64,000 nucleotides of DNA. Origin: Alphaproteobacteria bacterium. Its GTDB lineage: Bacteria > Pseudomonadota > Alphaproteobacteria > MPNO01. Location of the stretch: the NCBI GenBank assembly GCA_965248835.1, contig CBDFLJ010000001.1:256001-320000 (forward strand), given 5' to 3'. Below, piece by piece: positions 29,146-40,166 of this stretch. Within the stretch, counting starts at the first letter, position 1, and every line of letters starts with the position of its first letter. The notes under the pieces are model-generated. The model searched no databases and was not told the origin of the DNA. It was given only the letters and a program-made list of their open reading frames with translations. Both the position numbers and the translations under genes were made by a program.

Positions 29146-30171
29146 ATGTCGATGAGCCGCGGCCAGCAGGTCGTGATGTGGAAGGAGACGCTGGCGCTGT
29201 GCGGGCTCGGAGCCGATGAGTCCGTGGTCGTGCTAACCGGCGAGAATACGCGCCCCGAAAATCTCGAAGCGGCGACGACCGCGGTCCAGGAGATCCGCGC
29301 CCGCCTCGTCCGGCTGCACATCTACGACGGCGCCGGCCGGCTTGCCGACAACCTCCCGGCGATGGAGGGGCTCCGCCGGGCCGACATGGTGATCGACCTG
29401 GTCGGTATCCACCTGCTGCGCGGCGGCGAGCAGGAGGCGGTCATGAAAGCCGGCACGCGAATCCTCTACGTCACCGAGCCGCCGGATGTGCTGGCGCGCA
29501 TGCCGCCCTCGCCGGACGACAAGGCGCGGGTCTGCGCCGCCGCCCGCGCGATCGAGAAGACCAGCCAGATGCAGGTCACCTCCGCAGCCGGCACCGAGCT
29601 TACCGTCAGGCTCGGCGAATACCCGATCCTGCGCGAGTACGGCTATGCCGACGAGCCCGGCCATTGGGACCACTGGCCGGCCGGCTTCATCGCCACTTGG
29701 CCCAACGAGCGCACCGCATCCGGCACGGTCGTTCTCGACCGGGGCGACATCATCTTCCCGTTCAACACCTACGTGAACACCCCGATCCGCCTGACGATCG
29801 AGGACGGCTACATCAGCGACATCGACGGCGCGTTCGACGCGGAGTATCTGAGCGAATATTTCCGCCAATACGGTGATCCGGAGGCCTATGCGGTCTCCCA
29901 TCTCGGCTGGGGGCTGCAGCCCAAGGCGCGCTGGACCGCGCTGGGCATCATGAAGGACCGGACCAACGGCAACGACGGACGCTCGTTCTACGGCAACTTC
30001 ATGTTCTCGACCGGGCCGAACACCGATGCCGGCGGTACGCGCGACACGTTGTGCCACCTCGACATGCCGATGCGCAATTGTTCGGTCTGGCTCGACGAGA
30101 CGCCGATGCTCATCAAGGGCGAGGTCATCCCCGAGGATCAGCGCGTCGCCGACATGGGGCAGACACGATAG
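29146..30171 (+). CDS. NicX-like 2,5-dihydroxypyridine 5,6-dioxygenase family protein
   Basis: 'EPPDVLARM', 'EYGYADEPGHWDHWP', 'TWPNE', 'SHLGWGLQPKARW', 'FSTGPN', 'CHLD'. Confidence 0.85.
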   Translation: MSMSRGQQVVMWKETLALCGLGADESVVVLTGENTRPENLEAATTAVQEIRARLVRLHIYDGAGRLADNLPAMEGLRRADMVIDLVGIHLLRGGEQEAVMKAGTRILYVTEPPDVLARMPPSPDDKARVCAAARAIEKTSQMQVTSAAGTELTVRLGEYPILREYGYADEPGHWDHWPAGFIATWPNERTASGTVVLDRGDIIFPFNTYVNTPIRLTIEDGYISDIDGAFDAEYLSEYFRQYGDPEAYAVSHLGWGLQPKARWTALGIMKDRTNGNDGRSFYGNFMFSTGPNTDAGGTRDTLCHLDMPMRNCSVWLDETPMLIKGEVIPEDQRVADMGQTR

Positions 30172-30174
30172 GCG

Positions 30175-31056
30175 ATGGCCGGCTTGAACCGGCCGACGAC
30201 CGGCGCGATCGACATCGTGGTCAACCTGTTCACCCCGCGTGAGGTGCGGGACGGCAGCCTCGGCATCGACCCGGCCTTCATGGAACAGCTCAGGATGCCC
30301 GAGGCGATGAGGAACGGCGTGCCGATCCCGGATTACCTCCGGAAGATGGACCGCGCCGGCATCGCCCGCTCGCTTCTGGTGGCTGCGCGCGCCGGGGACC
30401 GGCGCGAGCGCGATTCGGCCGAGGTGCCCTACGCGCGCGTCCACGCCGTCTGCCGGCGCCATCCGGACCGGTTCTCGGGCCTTGCCGGGATCGATCCGTT
30501 CCGCGGCATGGAAGGGCTGCGCGAGCTCGAGCATGCGGTGCGTGCGCTGGGCTTCGTCGGCGCCCATATCTACCCGCACCATTTCGAACTCGCCCCCGAC
30601 CACGCGAAGTACTACCCCTACTACGCCAAATGCTGCGAACTCGACGTGCCCGTCATGATGCAGGTCGGCCAGAGCCTAGTCTATCAGGCCGGCCGGCGGC
30701 GGCCGAGCGTCGGGCGGCCGATCGCGCTGGACCGCATCGCCTGCGACTTTCCGGAACTGCGCATCCTCGGCATCCATATCGGCATCCCGTGGACCGAGGA
30801 GATGATCGCTATGGCCTGGAAGCATGACAATGTCTTCATCGGAACCGATGCCCACGCGCCGCGTCATTGGCCGGCGCCGTTCGTCCACTTTCTCCAGACC
30901 TACGGCCGCCACAAGGTGCTGTTCGGTACCGACTGGCCGGCGATCGATCCCGAGCGCGCGGTGGCCGAGATTGCAGCCCTCGACATCCGCCCCGACGCCG
31001 CGGCCCTGGTGATGGGCGAGAACGCGCGCCGGGTCTTCGGGCTGCCGCAAGGGTAA
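30175..31056 (+). CDS. Amidohydrolase_2 family protein
   Basis: 'GFVGAHIYPH', 'YAKCCELDVP', 'HIGIPW', 'VLFGTDWP'. Confidence 0.87.
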   Translation: MAGLNRPTTGAIDIVVNLFTPREVRDGSLGIDPAFMEQLRMPEAMRNGVPIPDYLRKMDRAGIARSLLVAARAGDRRERDSAEVPYARVHAVCRRHPDRFSGLAGIDPFRGMEGLRELEHAVRALGFVGAHIYPHHFELAPDHAKYYPYYAKCCELDVPVMMQVGQSLVYQAGRRRPSVGRPIALDRIACDFPELRILGIHIGIPWTEEMIAMAWKHDNVFIGTDAHAPRHWPAPFVHFLQTYGRHKVLFGTDWPAIDPERAVAEIAALDIRPDAAALVMGENARRVFGLPQG

Positions 31057-31078
31057 GGCGGATGGACAGGCGGTCAGG

Positions 31079-32938
31079 GTGATGCCGGCCAGACGACAGC
31101 CCGCGGGACCGGAGAGCGCAGCCTTCGCACCGACCCGCTTTGCCGTCCCGGACATCGCCATGCGCCGCGAGTCCGACGGCACCATCCGGCTCGCCTCCAA
31201 CACGCCGCTCGGCGCCTACGACCGGCAGGTCGGGATCTGGCTGCGGCGCTGGGCGGAGGCGCGGCCCGAAGCGCTGTTCCTTGCCGCGCGCGAGGACGGC
31301 GGCGGCTGGCGCGAGGTCACCTACGGCACCGCGCGGCAGGTAGTGGACCGGCTCTCGCAGGCGCTTCTGGATCGCGGGCTCGGTGCCGCACGCCCGCTCG
31401 CCATCTTGTCGGAGAAGAGCATCGATCACGGCTTGCTGGGTCTTGCCGCCATGCAGGTCGGCATTCCGGTGATGCCGATCTCGCCGTCCTATTCGCTAAT
31501 CCCGCAAGCCATCGACCGGCTGCGCCACGCCGTCGAATGCGTCCGACCGGCGATGATCTATGTCGAAGACGGCCCGCCGTTCGACCGGGCGCTGGGCGAG
31601 ATCCTGCGGCCCGACCAGACCGTGGTTCACGGCCGGCGCCCGCCCGGCGCGGCGCCGTCGATTCCGTTCGCCGCACTGGCCGCGGCCGAGACCGGCCCGG
31701 ACGTCGAGCGCGCCTTCGATGCGGTGGCGCCCGAGGACGTGGCGAAGATCCTGTTCACCTCGGGTTCGACCGGCGTGCCCAAGGCGGTGCCCAACACCCA
31801 CCGCATGCTGTGCTCCAACCAGCAGGCGCTGGCCCGGCTCTTCCAATTCTACGAGGACACCCCGCCCGTCGTGGTCGATTGGCAGCCGTGGCATCATGCC
31901 GGCGGCGCCAACTACAATTTCAATGCCGTTCTGCGCAACGGCGGCGCCTACCATATCGACCTCGGCAGGCCGACCGAGGACGGCATCGCGGTGACGGTCG
32001 AGAACTTGCGCGCGGTCTCGCCCACGGCGCATTTCAATGTGCCGCGCGGCTACGCGATGCTGATTCCCTACCTCGAAGCCGACGCGGGCTTGCGCGAGAC
32101 TTTCTTTCGCCGGCTCGAAGTCATCGTCTATTCCGCCGCCTCGCTGCCGCCCGAACTGTGGGCGCGGTTGGAGGCGCTCTCGATCGCCGCGCGGGGCGTG
32201 CGGGTGCCGATGATCTCGGCCTGGGGCATGACCGAGCTCGCGCCGCTGCACACCACCGCGCACTGGCCGATCGACCGCCCGGGCCTGATCGGGGTGCCTG
32301 TCCCGGGCTGCGAGGTCAAGCTGGTGCCGACCCACGGGCGCCTGGAGATCCGCGCCCGCGGCCCCAACGTCATGGCCGGCTATCTCGATCAGCCGACGCT
32401 CAACGCTGCAGCCTTCGACGAGGAAGGGTTCCTCAAGACCGGCGATGCCGGGTTCCTGCGCGATCCGAACGACCCCGACAAGGGGCTGGTCTATGACGGA
32501 AGGCTGACGGAGGAGTTCAAGCTCCTGACCGGCAACTGGGTCGCTGTCGGGGCCGTGCGGGTCGCCGTCATCGATGCCGCTGCCCCGCAGATCGAGGACG
32601 CGGTGGTGGTGGGCGAAAACCGCGACATGCTGGGGCTGCTGGTCTTTCCGAACCTCGCCCATTGCCGGGAACTCGCCGGCGGCGGCACGGCCGAGGACGC
32701 ATTGCGCCACCCGTTGGTGATCGCAGCGGTACGAGGTGGGCTGGAGGCCTACAACGCCCGGAACCCGGCCAGCAGCCGGCGCATCGCCCGTGCGCTCCTG
32801 ATGGCCGAGCCCCCCTCTGTCGCAGCCGGCGAGATCACCGACAAGGGCTACGTCAACCAGCGCGCGGTGATCGCCCGCCGCCGCGGCCTCGCCGAACGGC
32901 TGTTCGACGAGGACGACCCCGACGTCATCCGCCTGTGA
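31079..32938 (+). CDS. fcs: Feruloyl-CoA synthetase-like acyl-CoA ligase
   Basis: '[15 protein letters not shown]', 'MLCSNQ', 'WGMTE', 'TGD', '[12 protein letters not shown]'. Confidence 0.85.
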   Translation: MMPARRQPAGPESAAFAPTRFAVPDIAMRRESDGTIRLASNTPLGAYDRQVGIWLRRWAEARPEALFLAAREDGGGWREVTYGTARQVVDRLSQALLDRGLGAARPLAILSEKSIDHGLLGLAAMQVGIPVMPISPSYSLIPQAIDRLRHAVECVRPAMIYVEDGPPFDRALGEILRPDQTVVHGRRPPGAAPSIPFAALAAAETGPDVERAFDAVAPEDVAKILFTSGSTGVPKAVPNTHRMLCSNQQALARLFQFYEDTPPVVVDWQPWHHAGGANYNFNAVLRNGGAYHIDLGRPTEDGIAVTVENLRAVSPTAHFNVPRGYAMLIPYLEADAGLRETFFRRLEVIVYSAASLPPELWARLEALSIAARGVRVPMISAWGMTELAPLHTTAHWPIDRPGLIGVPVPGCEVKLVPTHGRLEIRARGPNVMAGYLDQPTLNAAAFDEEGFLKTGDAGFLRDPNDPDKGLVYDGRLTEEFKLLTGNWVAVGAVRVAVIDAAAPQIEDAVVVGENRDMLGLLVFPNLAHCRELAGGGTAEDALRHPLVIAAVRGGLEAYNARNPASSRRIARALLMAEPPSVAAGEITDKGYVNQRAVIARRRGLAERLFDEDDPDVIRL

Positions 32939-32991
32939 GCGTCGGGCGGGACGATGGGACGGGCGATGGATCGGATCGGCGCAGGTCCGCG

Positions 32992-35334
32992 ATGAGAGTC
33001 GCGGTGGTCGGCGGCGGGGCGGCGGGGCTCTATTTCGCGCTGCTGGCCAAGAAGGCCTGGCCCGGCTGGGAAGTGGTGGTCCATGAGCGCAACCGTCACG
33101 ACGACACGTTCGGCTTCGGCGTGGTGTTCTCCGACGAGACGCTCGATACCTTCCGCGACTACGACCCGGAGAGCTATGACGCGATCCGCCGGCGTTTCGC
33201 CTATTGGGACGAGATCGATTTCGTCCTGCACGGCCGGACCATCAGGAGCGGCGGGCACGGGTTCTGCGGCTGCGGCAGGCGGGAGCTGCTGCTGATCCTC
33301 CAACAACGCTGCCGCGCGCTCGGCGTGGAGCTTCATTTCGAGAGCGAGATTCAGGGCCTTGCCGGGCTTGTCGATTTCGACCTGATCGTCGGCGCCGACG
33401 GCATCAACTCGGGCATCCGGTCGGCGCTTGCCGATCATTTCCGGCCGCGGTCCGAGGACCGGCTCAACCGTTTCCTGTGGCTGGGCTCGACCCGGCCCTA
33501 TGAGGCCTTCACCTTCGACTTCACCACCGACGAGCACGGCATCTGGGTGCTGGGCGCCTATCAGTACAACCGTGACATGAGCACCTGGGTCATCGAGGCG
33601 CCCCGTAAGACCTGGGCCAGCGCCGAGGCCGCGCTGGGCAACCTCGGCCAGGACGCGCTGATCGCCCACATGGAGCGTCTGTGGGCCGACCGGCTCGACG
33701 GCCACCGGCTGATCGGAAACCGCTCGATCTGGCGCACCTTCCCGATGATCCGGTGCGAGCGCTGGTGGCACGACAACGTGGTGCTGCTGGGCGACGCGCT
33801 GCACACCGCGCATTACTCGATAGGCTCGGGCACCAAGCTCGCAATGGAGGATGCGATCGCGCTCTACGAAGCGCTCGCCGGCGGCGGGCCGCTCGCGGCC
33901 GCGCTCGCCCGCTTCGAGGACACCCGCCGCGAGACCGTCGAGATCACCCAGCACGCCTCGGAGACCAGCGTGGTCTGGACCGAGAACCCCGAGCGCTATT
34001 GGGACATGGCGCCGATCCAGGCTGCGTTCTCGATGCTCTCGCGCTCCAAGCAGGTCACCTACGACAACCTCGCGCTGCGGGATGCGGGGTTTGTCGAGCG
34101 GGTGCGCGGCTGGTTCGCCGACGGCGTGCGCAACACCGGCCTGGCCGTCGCCGACGGTGCCCCGCCGATGTTCACGCCGTTCCGGATCGGCCGGGATTTG
34201 GTGGTGGCCAACCGCGTCGTGGTCTCGCCGATGGACATGTATTCGGCCACCGAGGGGACGGTGGGCGACTTCCATTTCATCCATTTCGGCAGCCTGGCCG
34301 CCGGCGGGGCCGGGCTGATCTTCTCGGAGATGACCTGTGTGAGCGCGGACGGGCGGATCACGCCGGGCTGCGCCGGGCTCTATGCGCCGGACCACGTCGC
34401 GGCGTGGCGGCGCATCGTCGCGATGGTCCACGAGACCTCCGATGCCAAGTTCGCCATGCAGATCGGCCATTGCGGGCGCAAGGGCTCGACCCGGATCGGC
34501 TGGGAGGGAATGGACCAGCCGCTGGAAGACGGCAACTGGCCGCTGATCGCGCCGTCGGCCATCCCGTTCTACCCGTTCAACCAGGTTCCCCGCGCGATGC
34601 GCCGCGCCGACATGGACGCGGCGACCGCCGATTTCGTGCGCGCGGCCGAGATGGCCGCGCAGACCGGCGCAGACATGCTCGAGCTCCACATGGCACACGG
34701 CTACCTGCTGTCGAGCTTCATCACCCCGCTCAGCAACCGGCGGGCCGACGCCTATGGCGGCGTGCTGGAGAACCGTATGCGCTTCCCGCTCGAGGTCTTC
34801 GATGCGGTGCGCGCGGCCTGGCCGGCCGACCGGCCGATCTCGGTCCGGATCTCGGCGACCGACTGGGTCGGCGCCGACGGCGTGACCGGCGAGGAAGCAG
34901 TCCGCATCGCCCGCATGCTGGCCGATCACGGATGCGATCTGATCGATGTCTCCGCCGGCCAGACGACGCCTGCGGCACAGCCGGTCTACGGCCGGATGTT
35001 CCAGACCTGGTTTTCCGAGCAGGTGCGCAACGAGGCGAAGGTGCCGACGATCGCGGTCGGCAACATCACCACCGCCGATCAGGTCAACACCATCCTCGCG
35101 GCCGGCCGCGCGGACCTGGTGGCGCTGGCGCGGCCCCATCTGACCAACCCGCACTTCACCTTGGAGGCCGCTGCACATTACGGCGTTGAAAGTCAGCGTT
35201 GGCCAGCGCAATACCATACGGCAAAGGAACAAGCCTTCAGGCTGGCCGCCCGCGAACGGGCCGAGCTGGAGGCGCTGCGGTCGGCGCACCGTCCGTCGAG
35301 ACATGGCAGCGGGCGGCAAAGGGCGGCCGAGTAG
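32992..35334 (+). CDS. Bifunctional aroyl-CoA monooxygenase/reductase (anthraniloyl-CoA monooxygenase / salicylyl-CoA 5-hydroxylase family)
   Basis: FAD domain 'GGGAAG', '[11 protein letters not shown]', '[17 protein letters not shown]' fused to OYE-like domain '[11 protein letters not shown]', 'RISATDW'. Confidence 0.92.
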   Translation: MRVAVVGGGAAGLYFALLAKKAWPGWEVVVHERNRHDDTFGFGVVFSDETLDTFRDYDPESYDAIRRRFAYWDEIDFVLHGRTIRSGGHGFCGCGRRELLLILQQRCRALGVELHFESEIQGLAGLVDFDLIVGADGINSGIRSALADHFRPRSEDRLNRFLWLGSTRPYEAFTFDFTTDEHGIWVLGAYQYNRDMSTWVIEAPRKTWASAEAALGNLGQDALIAHMERLWADRLDGHRLIGNRSIWRTFPMIRCERWWHDNVVLLGDALHTAHYSIGSGTKLAMEDAIALYEALAGGGPLAAALARFEDTRRETVEITQHASETSVVWTENPERYWDMAPIQAAFSMLSRSKQVTYDNLALRDAGFVERVRGWFADGVRNTGLAVADGAPPMFTPFRIGRDLVVANRVVVSPMDMYSATEGTVGDFHFIHFGSLAAGGAGLIFSEMTCVSADGRITPGCAGLYAPDHVAAWRRIVAMVHETSDAKFAMQIGHCGRKGSTRIGWEGMDQPLEDGNWPLIAPSAIPFYPFNQVPRAMRRADMDAATADFVRAAEMAAQTGADMLELHMAHGYLLSSFITPLSNRRADAYGGVLENRMRFPLEVFDAVRAAWPADRPISVRISATDWVGADGVTGEEAVRIARMLADHGCDLIDVSAGQTTPAAQPVYGRMFQTWFSEQVRNEAKVPTIAVGNITTADQVNTILAAGRADLVALARPHLTNPHFTLEAAAHYGVESQRWPAQYHTAKEQAFRLAARERAELEALRSAHRPSRHGSGRQRAAE

Positions 35335-35643
35335 GGCGCACGCGGCAAGAGACCCGGATGCGCGCGAAGGGGTGTCCGGAAGTGACGCTTGGCGAGCCCT
35401 GCGGGGCATTGCGGGCGGCGCTGGCCGGCCGCTGGGCGCCGGCGGGTTGGCAATCGCCTAACCGCTGGGCCGGTCGGGACCGCAAGGTGCTGCGCACGGA
35501 TTTGTGGTGCGCCGGGGCGGGCGGGTTTGCTAAGTTCCGCGTGCGTGCGCGCCGACCCGGAAGATGCGAAACACCGATCCCCGGAAACGCGCGGAAACGG
35601 CGCGTCCGACGCCTTGGATCCGGACGAATTGCAGGGGGAGCAG

Positions 35644-36498
35644 ATGACCGTAGGCAGCTACGAGACGATCCGCGTGGAGAAGGACGACGGGATCGCCTGG
35701 CTCTACATGAACCGTCCCGAGAAGCGCAACGCGATGAACCCGCAGATGCATTTCGACATGGACGCGGTGCTGCCCGAACTCGAAGCCGATCCGCAGACCC
35801 GGCTGGTGATCCTGACCGGCGCGGGCGAGGCGTTCTGCGCCGGCCAGGACTTGCGTGAATATTTCCGCGGGCTGGACGGCGATCCGGTCGCAAGGCGCCG
35901 GACCGGCGAGGCCTCCGAGCGCTGGCGCAACCGGCGGCTGCTGTCCTACAACAAACCGACGATCGCCATGGTCAACGGCTATTGCATCGGCGGCGGGTTC
36001 ACCCAGATGCTGTGCTGCGATTTCGCGATCGCGGCCGACGAGGCCCTGTTCTGCCTCTCGGAGGTCAACTGGGGCATCCTGCCGGGCGGGCTGGTGAGCA
36101 AGAAGCTCACCGATGCGCTGCTGCTGCGCCATGCGATGTACTACGCCTGCACCGGCAGGACGCTCGACGGCAAGCGGGCACGCGAAATCGGCCTGGTCAA
36201 CGACTCGGTGCCGCTGGCGCGATTGCGTGCCGAGACCGAGACGCTCGCCCGCGAGCTGATGGAAAAGAACCCCGAGGTGCTGCGCGCAACCAAGCACGCC
36301 ATCCGCGCGGTGCGAACCATGAACGACGACCAGGCCTTCGACTACCTCGCCGCCAAGGGCGCGGAGATCAAGCAACGCGACAAGGAAAACGCCTACGCCA
36401 ACGGCCTGAAGCAGTTCCTCGACGACAAGTCCTACAAGCCCACGTTCAGCGCCTACGACCGTGTTGCGGCGGCCGAGGACAATGCCGCCGCCGAGTGA
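35644..36498 (+). CDS. ech: p-Hydroxycinnamoyl-CoA hydratase/lyase
   Basis: 'NRPEKRNAMNP', 'AGQDLREYFR', 'LSEVNWGILPGG', 'DYL', 'QFLDDKSYKP'. Confidence 0.85.
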   Translation: MTVGSYETIRVEKDDGIAWLYMNRPEKRNAMNPQMHFDMDAVLPELEADPQTRLVILTGAGEAFCAGQDLREYFRGLDGDPVARRRTGEASERWRNRRLLSYNKPTIAMVNGYCIGGGFTQMLCCDFAIAADEALFCLSEVNWGILPGGLVSKKLTDALLLRHAMYYACTGRTLDGKRAREIGLVNDSVPLARLRAETETLARELMEKNPEVLRATKHAIRAVRTMNDDQAFDYLAAKGAEIKQRDKENAYANGLKQFLDDKSYKPTFSAYDRVAAAEDNAAAE

Positions 36499-36523
36499 CG
36501 GCTGGGTGGGATCGGACGCCGCC

Positions 36524-37732
36524 ATGGTGCTGTACAAATACAACTCCGCCGACAACCACCTGGACCAGCGGTGGATCCCGGCCAATCTCTGGCAGGACCG
36601 CGTCGCCGCGAAGTTCAAGGAGCGCGCGCCCAAGGTCGTCGAGGACCGGGGCCAGTTATGCTGGACCTGGGAGGGCCGTATCATAAGGGGGCGCGACGGC
36701 GGCACCGCCGACGGGCCGGACAACCGCTCGCTGCTCGATCAGTTTTTCGGCAAGTCCGGCGCGCGCATACCCAAGGGCGCGCTGCCGCCCTCGGACCCGG
36801 CGCTCCTGCTCGAGCACATGGACTATGGCAGCGTCTACGGCTATGTCGGGTTCGGCTCGACGCGCAAGTGGGATATCGACGATCCGGCGCTGCGCCACGA
36901 GGTCCACCGGGTCTACAACGACTGGGTGATGGAGCTCAACGCCCACGACCCGGACCGGCTGATGATCCTGCCGATCCTGCCGGTCTTCGACGTCGCCTCG
37001 GTCCCCGGCGAGATCCGTCGCCTGGCCGCAATGGGCTGCCGATCGGCCGAGTTCGTGCCCTTCGACGGCGAGCAGCCGATGTTCCATGAGTGCTGGGAGC
37101 CGACCTGGGATGCCTTCGAGGAGACCGGCATGGTGTGCTCGGTCCATATCGGCGGCAACGCCAAGACCACGATCCCGCCGACCGAGCGCGGCGAGCGGAT
37201 GGCCTATTTCTCCTGCGCGCCGTTCTCGCTGGCCCGGCCGATCGCCGACATCGTCTATTGCGGCGCGCTGCAGCGTCATCCGGGGCTGAAGCTCCTGTTC
37301 GCGGAGTGCCGTGCCGGCTGGGTGCCGTTCCTGGTCCACTGGATGGACCGCCAGGCCGAGGAACGGCCCGGCCTGTTCAGGGAAACCGGTCTGGATGCGC
37401 TGCCGAGCGTCTACGTCAAGCGGCAGATCCGGGTGACCTTCGAGGAAGACGCCATCGCCGCCCAGGGACTCCAGCACGAAGACAATATCCTGCGCGACAT
37501 CCTGGTCTTCGGCGCCGACTACCCGCACCCGCAGGGCACCTGGCCCGACCCCTCACCGATCTTCTACGAGATGTTCAAGGACCTCGGCCCGGCCTTGCGC
37601 CACGAGGTGGTCTACCAGCGCATGCACCGCTTCTTCGGCATGAGAGGCCCGCCGGCCGGCCAGGTCGCGACGCTGGAGCAGATCGCCAGCGACGGCGCCG
37701 GCAAGACGCGCGCGCACGCGAGCTTCGAATAG
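36524..37732 (+). CDS. Amidohydrolase_2 family protein
   Basis: 'SADNH', 'YNDW', 'SVHIG', 'AECRAGW', 'GADYPH..GTWP'. Confidence 0.87.
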   Translation: MVLYKYNSADNHLDQRWIPANLWQDRVAAKFKERAPKVVEDRGQLCWTWEGRIIRGRDGGTADGPDNRSLLDQFFGKSGARIPKGALPPSDPALLLEHMDYGSVYGYVGFGSTRKWDIDDPALRHEVHRVYNDWVMELNAHDPDRLMILPILPVFDVASVPGEIRRLAAMGCRSAEFVPFDGEQPMFHECWEPTWDAFEETGMVCSVHIGGNAKTTIPPTERGERMAYFSCAPFSLARPIADIVYCGALQRHPGLKLLFAECRAGWVPFLVHWMDRQAEERPGLFRETGLDALPSVYVKRQIRVTFEEDAIAAQGLQHEDNILRDILVFGADYPHPQGTWPDPSPIFYEMFKDLGPALRHEVVYQRMHRFFGMRGPPAGQVATLEQIASDGAGKTRAHASFE

Positions 37733-37751
37733 CCGCCGGCGCGGGTCCGGC

Positions 37752-38210
37752 TCAGCGCCGGACCTCGCATTCGATCCGCCAGGACACCGCGCCCGCCTTG
37801 TCCCTTCTATCGTAGCTGAGCCGCGATTTCTTGAGCTTGGCGCGTGCGGTCTCGACCAGCGACAGCCGCACCGCCTCCGGCAGGTCTTCGAGGCTCAAGC
37901 GAAGGAGCATCGGCTCCTTGGCCCCGTTTTTCGGCGCCGCCCGCGGCGTCGCCGCGCCGGTCCGTCGCGATGTCTTCTTGCCCCAGATCTGATCCCATCC
38001 GGACTTGTATTCCGGGGTCTTGACGTTGCTGAAATAGCCGTAGTGGACGGCTGCCGACCCGCCGACGGACTCGCGGCTCGACTTGCCGGCATCGCCGCCC
38101 GACCCGGAGCCGGACGGAGTCTCCGAGGGCGTGCCGGAAGTGGTCTTGTCGGAGGGTTTTTCCGAGGCGGCGGCGGGTGTCGGGCTCGAATCTGTCTCTG
38201 TATTCATCAC
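37752..38210 (-). CDS. Hypothetical protein
   Basis: Coherent ORF with low-complexity N-terminus and 'HYGYFSNVKTPEYKSGWDQIWG' core. Confidence 0.6.
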   Translation of the reverse strand: MMNTETDSSPTPAAASEKPSDKTTSGTPSETPSGSGSGGDAGKSSRESVGGSAAVHYGYFSNVKTPEYKSGWDQIWGKKTSRRTGAATPRAAPKNGAKEPMLLRLSLEDLPEAVRLSLVETARAKLKKSRLSYDRRDKAGAVSWRIECEVRR

Positions 38211-38349
38211 CAGCTTCGTTTCGCGTTAGCACCGGCGCAACCTGTTACACCGCGGCAATCGGCGATGCAACGCCCTTGATGACGGCTCGCCGCCGCCGCG
38301 GCGATCAGCCGGGCCGGCCGGTTCGAATCCGTCGGTGAGGCAAGGGGGT

Positions 38350-39171
38350 TCAGCAGTTCGCCAGCAGGAACGGCAGCACCGCCCGGTTGAACGCCTCGGG
38401 CTGCTCCAGGTTTGTCAGGTGACCGGAGTCCGCGATGACCTCCAGCCGCGCACCGGGGATCTTCTCGCACATGTATTCGCCGATATGGGGCGGGGTGAGC
38501 GGATCCTGGGCGCCGAACACCAGGAGCACCGGCACGGCGATGTCCGGCAGGGCGTGGGCGCGGCCCCAGCCGGCCGACGCACGCACGGTCTTGATATAGG
38601 AGCCCACGTGAAGCGCAGCATGGGCGGCGACCGCGCGCGCGAAGGCCTCCTCGGACCGGTTGGGTCCGAGCAGCCAGCCGGCCGCTCCGGGCGCCCGCTC
38701 GGCCGGGTCGGCGCCGTCGAGATAGGGTTGGATGCGAGAGGCGACGAATTCGTCGGCGGACTGGGTGCGGCCGGCGCGGGCGTCTTCCGGGTCCTCGCCG
38801 GCGAAGGTGTCGCACAACACCATCGTCGCCACCCGTTCGGGATGGAACCGGTAGAAGTCCTGAGCGATGCGCCCGCCCATCGACAGGCCGCACAAATGCG
38901 CCCGATCGGCGCCGAAATGATCGAGCAGTCGCAGCAGGTCGGCGCTGAAATCGGCGAAATCGAGCTCGCCCGGGTAGTCTTCGGACTCGCCATAGCCGCG
39001 GGCATCCCAGGCGGCGGCGGTGAAACGTTCGGCGAACACGGGAAGCTGCAGATCCCAATGGGACTTGTTGCCGCCGATCCCATGCAGAAAGACCACCAGC
39101 GGCCCGTCGCCGGCAACATTGACCGCAAGAAGCGGCGCGCCGGCGACGAATTCGGTGCGGATCGGACTCAC
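38350..39171 (-). CDS. Alpha/beta hydrolase (PcaD/NicD-like fold)
   Basis: 'LHGIGG', 'DARGYG', 'GLSMGG', Asp in 'QDPLTP', His in 'GHLTNLE'. Confidence 0.9.
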   Translation of the reverse strand: MSPIRTEFVAGAPLLAVNVAGDGPLVVFLHGIGGNKSHWDLQLPVFAERFTAAAWDARGYGESEDYPGELDFADFSADLLRLLDHFGADRAHLCGLSMGGRIAQDFYRFHPERVATMVLCDTFAGEDPEDARAGRTQSADEFVASRIQPYLDGADPAERAPGAAGWLLGPNRSEEAFARAVAAHAALHVGSYIKTVRASAGWGRAHALPDIAVPVLLVFGAQDPLTPPHIGEYMCEKIPGARLEVIADSGHLTNLEQPEAFNRAVLPFLLANC

Positions 39172-39300
39172 GTCGGCGCATCCTCCCAGTTACCGGTTGC
39201 CAGACCGGACCGATCATCGCATCGCCCCAGCCCCGGAGGCCACCTTCCGCGCGGCGGAATTGACGGACCGGGACCGGCAAGATCCGATCGGAGCAGGCGG

Positions 39301-40140
39301 CTAACGCCGCTTCTCTTTCAGCGCCGCGCGGACCTGTTCGTCGAAGCCGACCAGCGAGCGGCCGCCGAATTCGATCACCGGGCGGCGGATGAGCCTGAGG
39401 TGGGCGAGCATCAGCGCAGGCGCCGAGGCCGGGCCGACCGTTTTGCGCGCCGCCTCGGGCAGCGCACGCCAGGTCCTGCTGCGCCGATTGACCAGCGCCT
39501 CCCAGCCATGCTCGCCGATCCACGCCTCCAGCCTCGCCGTCTCCAGCCCCTCGGCATCGAAGTCGTGGAACCGGCAGGCGATCTTTTCTTCATCGAGCCA
39601 CCGCCTGGCTGCCCGGCAGCTGTCGCAATTGCCGATGCCGTAGACCGTCGCCATCGCGCCGAAGGCGATGACGGTGCTTTCCAGCAGGTCGAGCCCTGCC
39701 TTGGCGAAGGCCCACATGTTGGCCTCGCGGTCGTTATCGCCGGTCTCGATGGTCAGGCAGCGCTCGACCGGGCCGGTGACCGCGAAGCAGGCATGGCCCG
39801 AGGCGTCGCCGTAGCTGTTGCCCGCCGGCCCGGACGCGCCGCTTTCGCTCAATGCCCAGGTCGAGCCCAGCCGCGCGCGGATCGTGCGCGCAGCCAGCAG
39901 CGCATAGTCTTCGGTGGAGCCGCGCTGGCGGGACTGTGAAGCGGTCAGCCGCAACAGGCCGCGGCGCGCATCCCTCGTATAGATCACCCCGCCGCCGACG
40001 AAATAGGACGATGCGCCGGGGATCGCGAGCAGGGCGGCGGAGATCAGCCCGCCGGCGGCCGACTCCGAGACCGACACCGTCTCATGCCGCTCGCTCAGAA
40101 GCCGGGCGACGGTTCTCGACAGCGGTTCCAGATCATGCAC
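39301..40140 (-). CDS. CinA-C/PncC (NMN deamidase-like) domain in frame with an ArsC/Spx (YffB-like) domain (39301-39654)
   Basis: 'SESAAGG', 'PGASSYF', 'ESGASGP' then 'MATVYGIGNCDSCRAARRWL...LVNRRSRTW...LIRRPV'; no stop between the domains. Confidence 0.8.
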   Translation of the reverse strand: MHDLEPLSRTVARLLSERHETVSVSESAAGGLISAALLAIPGASSYFVGGGVIYTRDARRGLLRLTASQSRQRGSTEDYALLAARTIRARLGSTWALSESGASGPAGNSYGDASGHACFAVTGPVERCLTIETGDNDREANMWAFAKAGLDLLESTVIAFGAMATVYGIGNCDSCRAARRWLDEEKIACRFHDFDAEGLETARLEAWIGEHGWEALVNRRSRTWRALPEAARKTVGPASAPALMLAHLRLIRRPVIEFGGRSLVGFDEQVRAALKEKRR

Positions 40141-40166
40141 GGCCAGCTCCTTGCGGTTGCGGCCGC

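Noticed and set aside
38320-38330. GGTTCGAATCC T-loop motif suggesting a tRNA
   Set aside because: No D-arm, anticodon arm, acceptor pairing or CCA around it.
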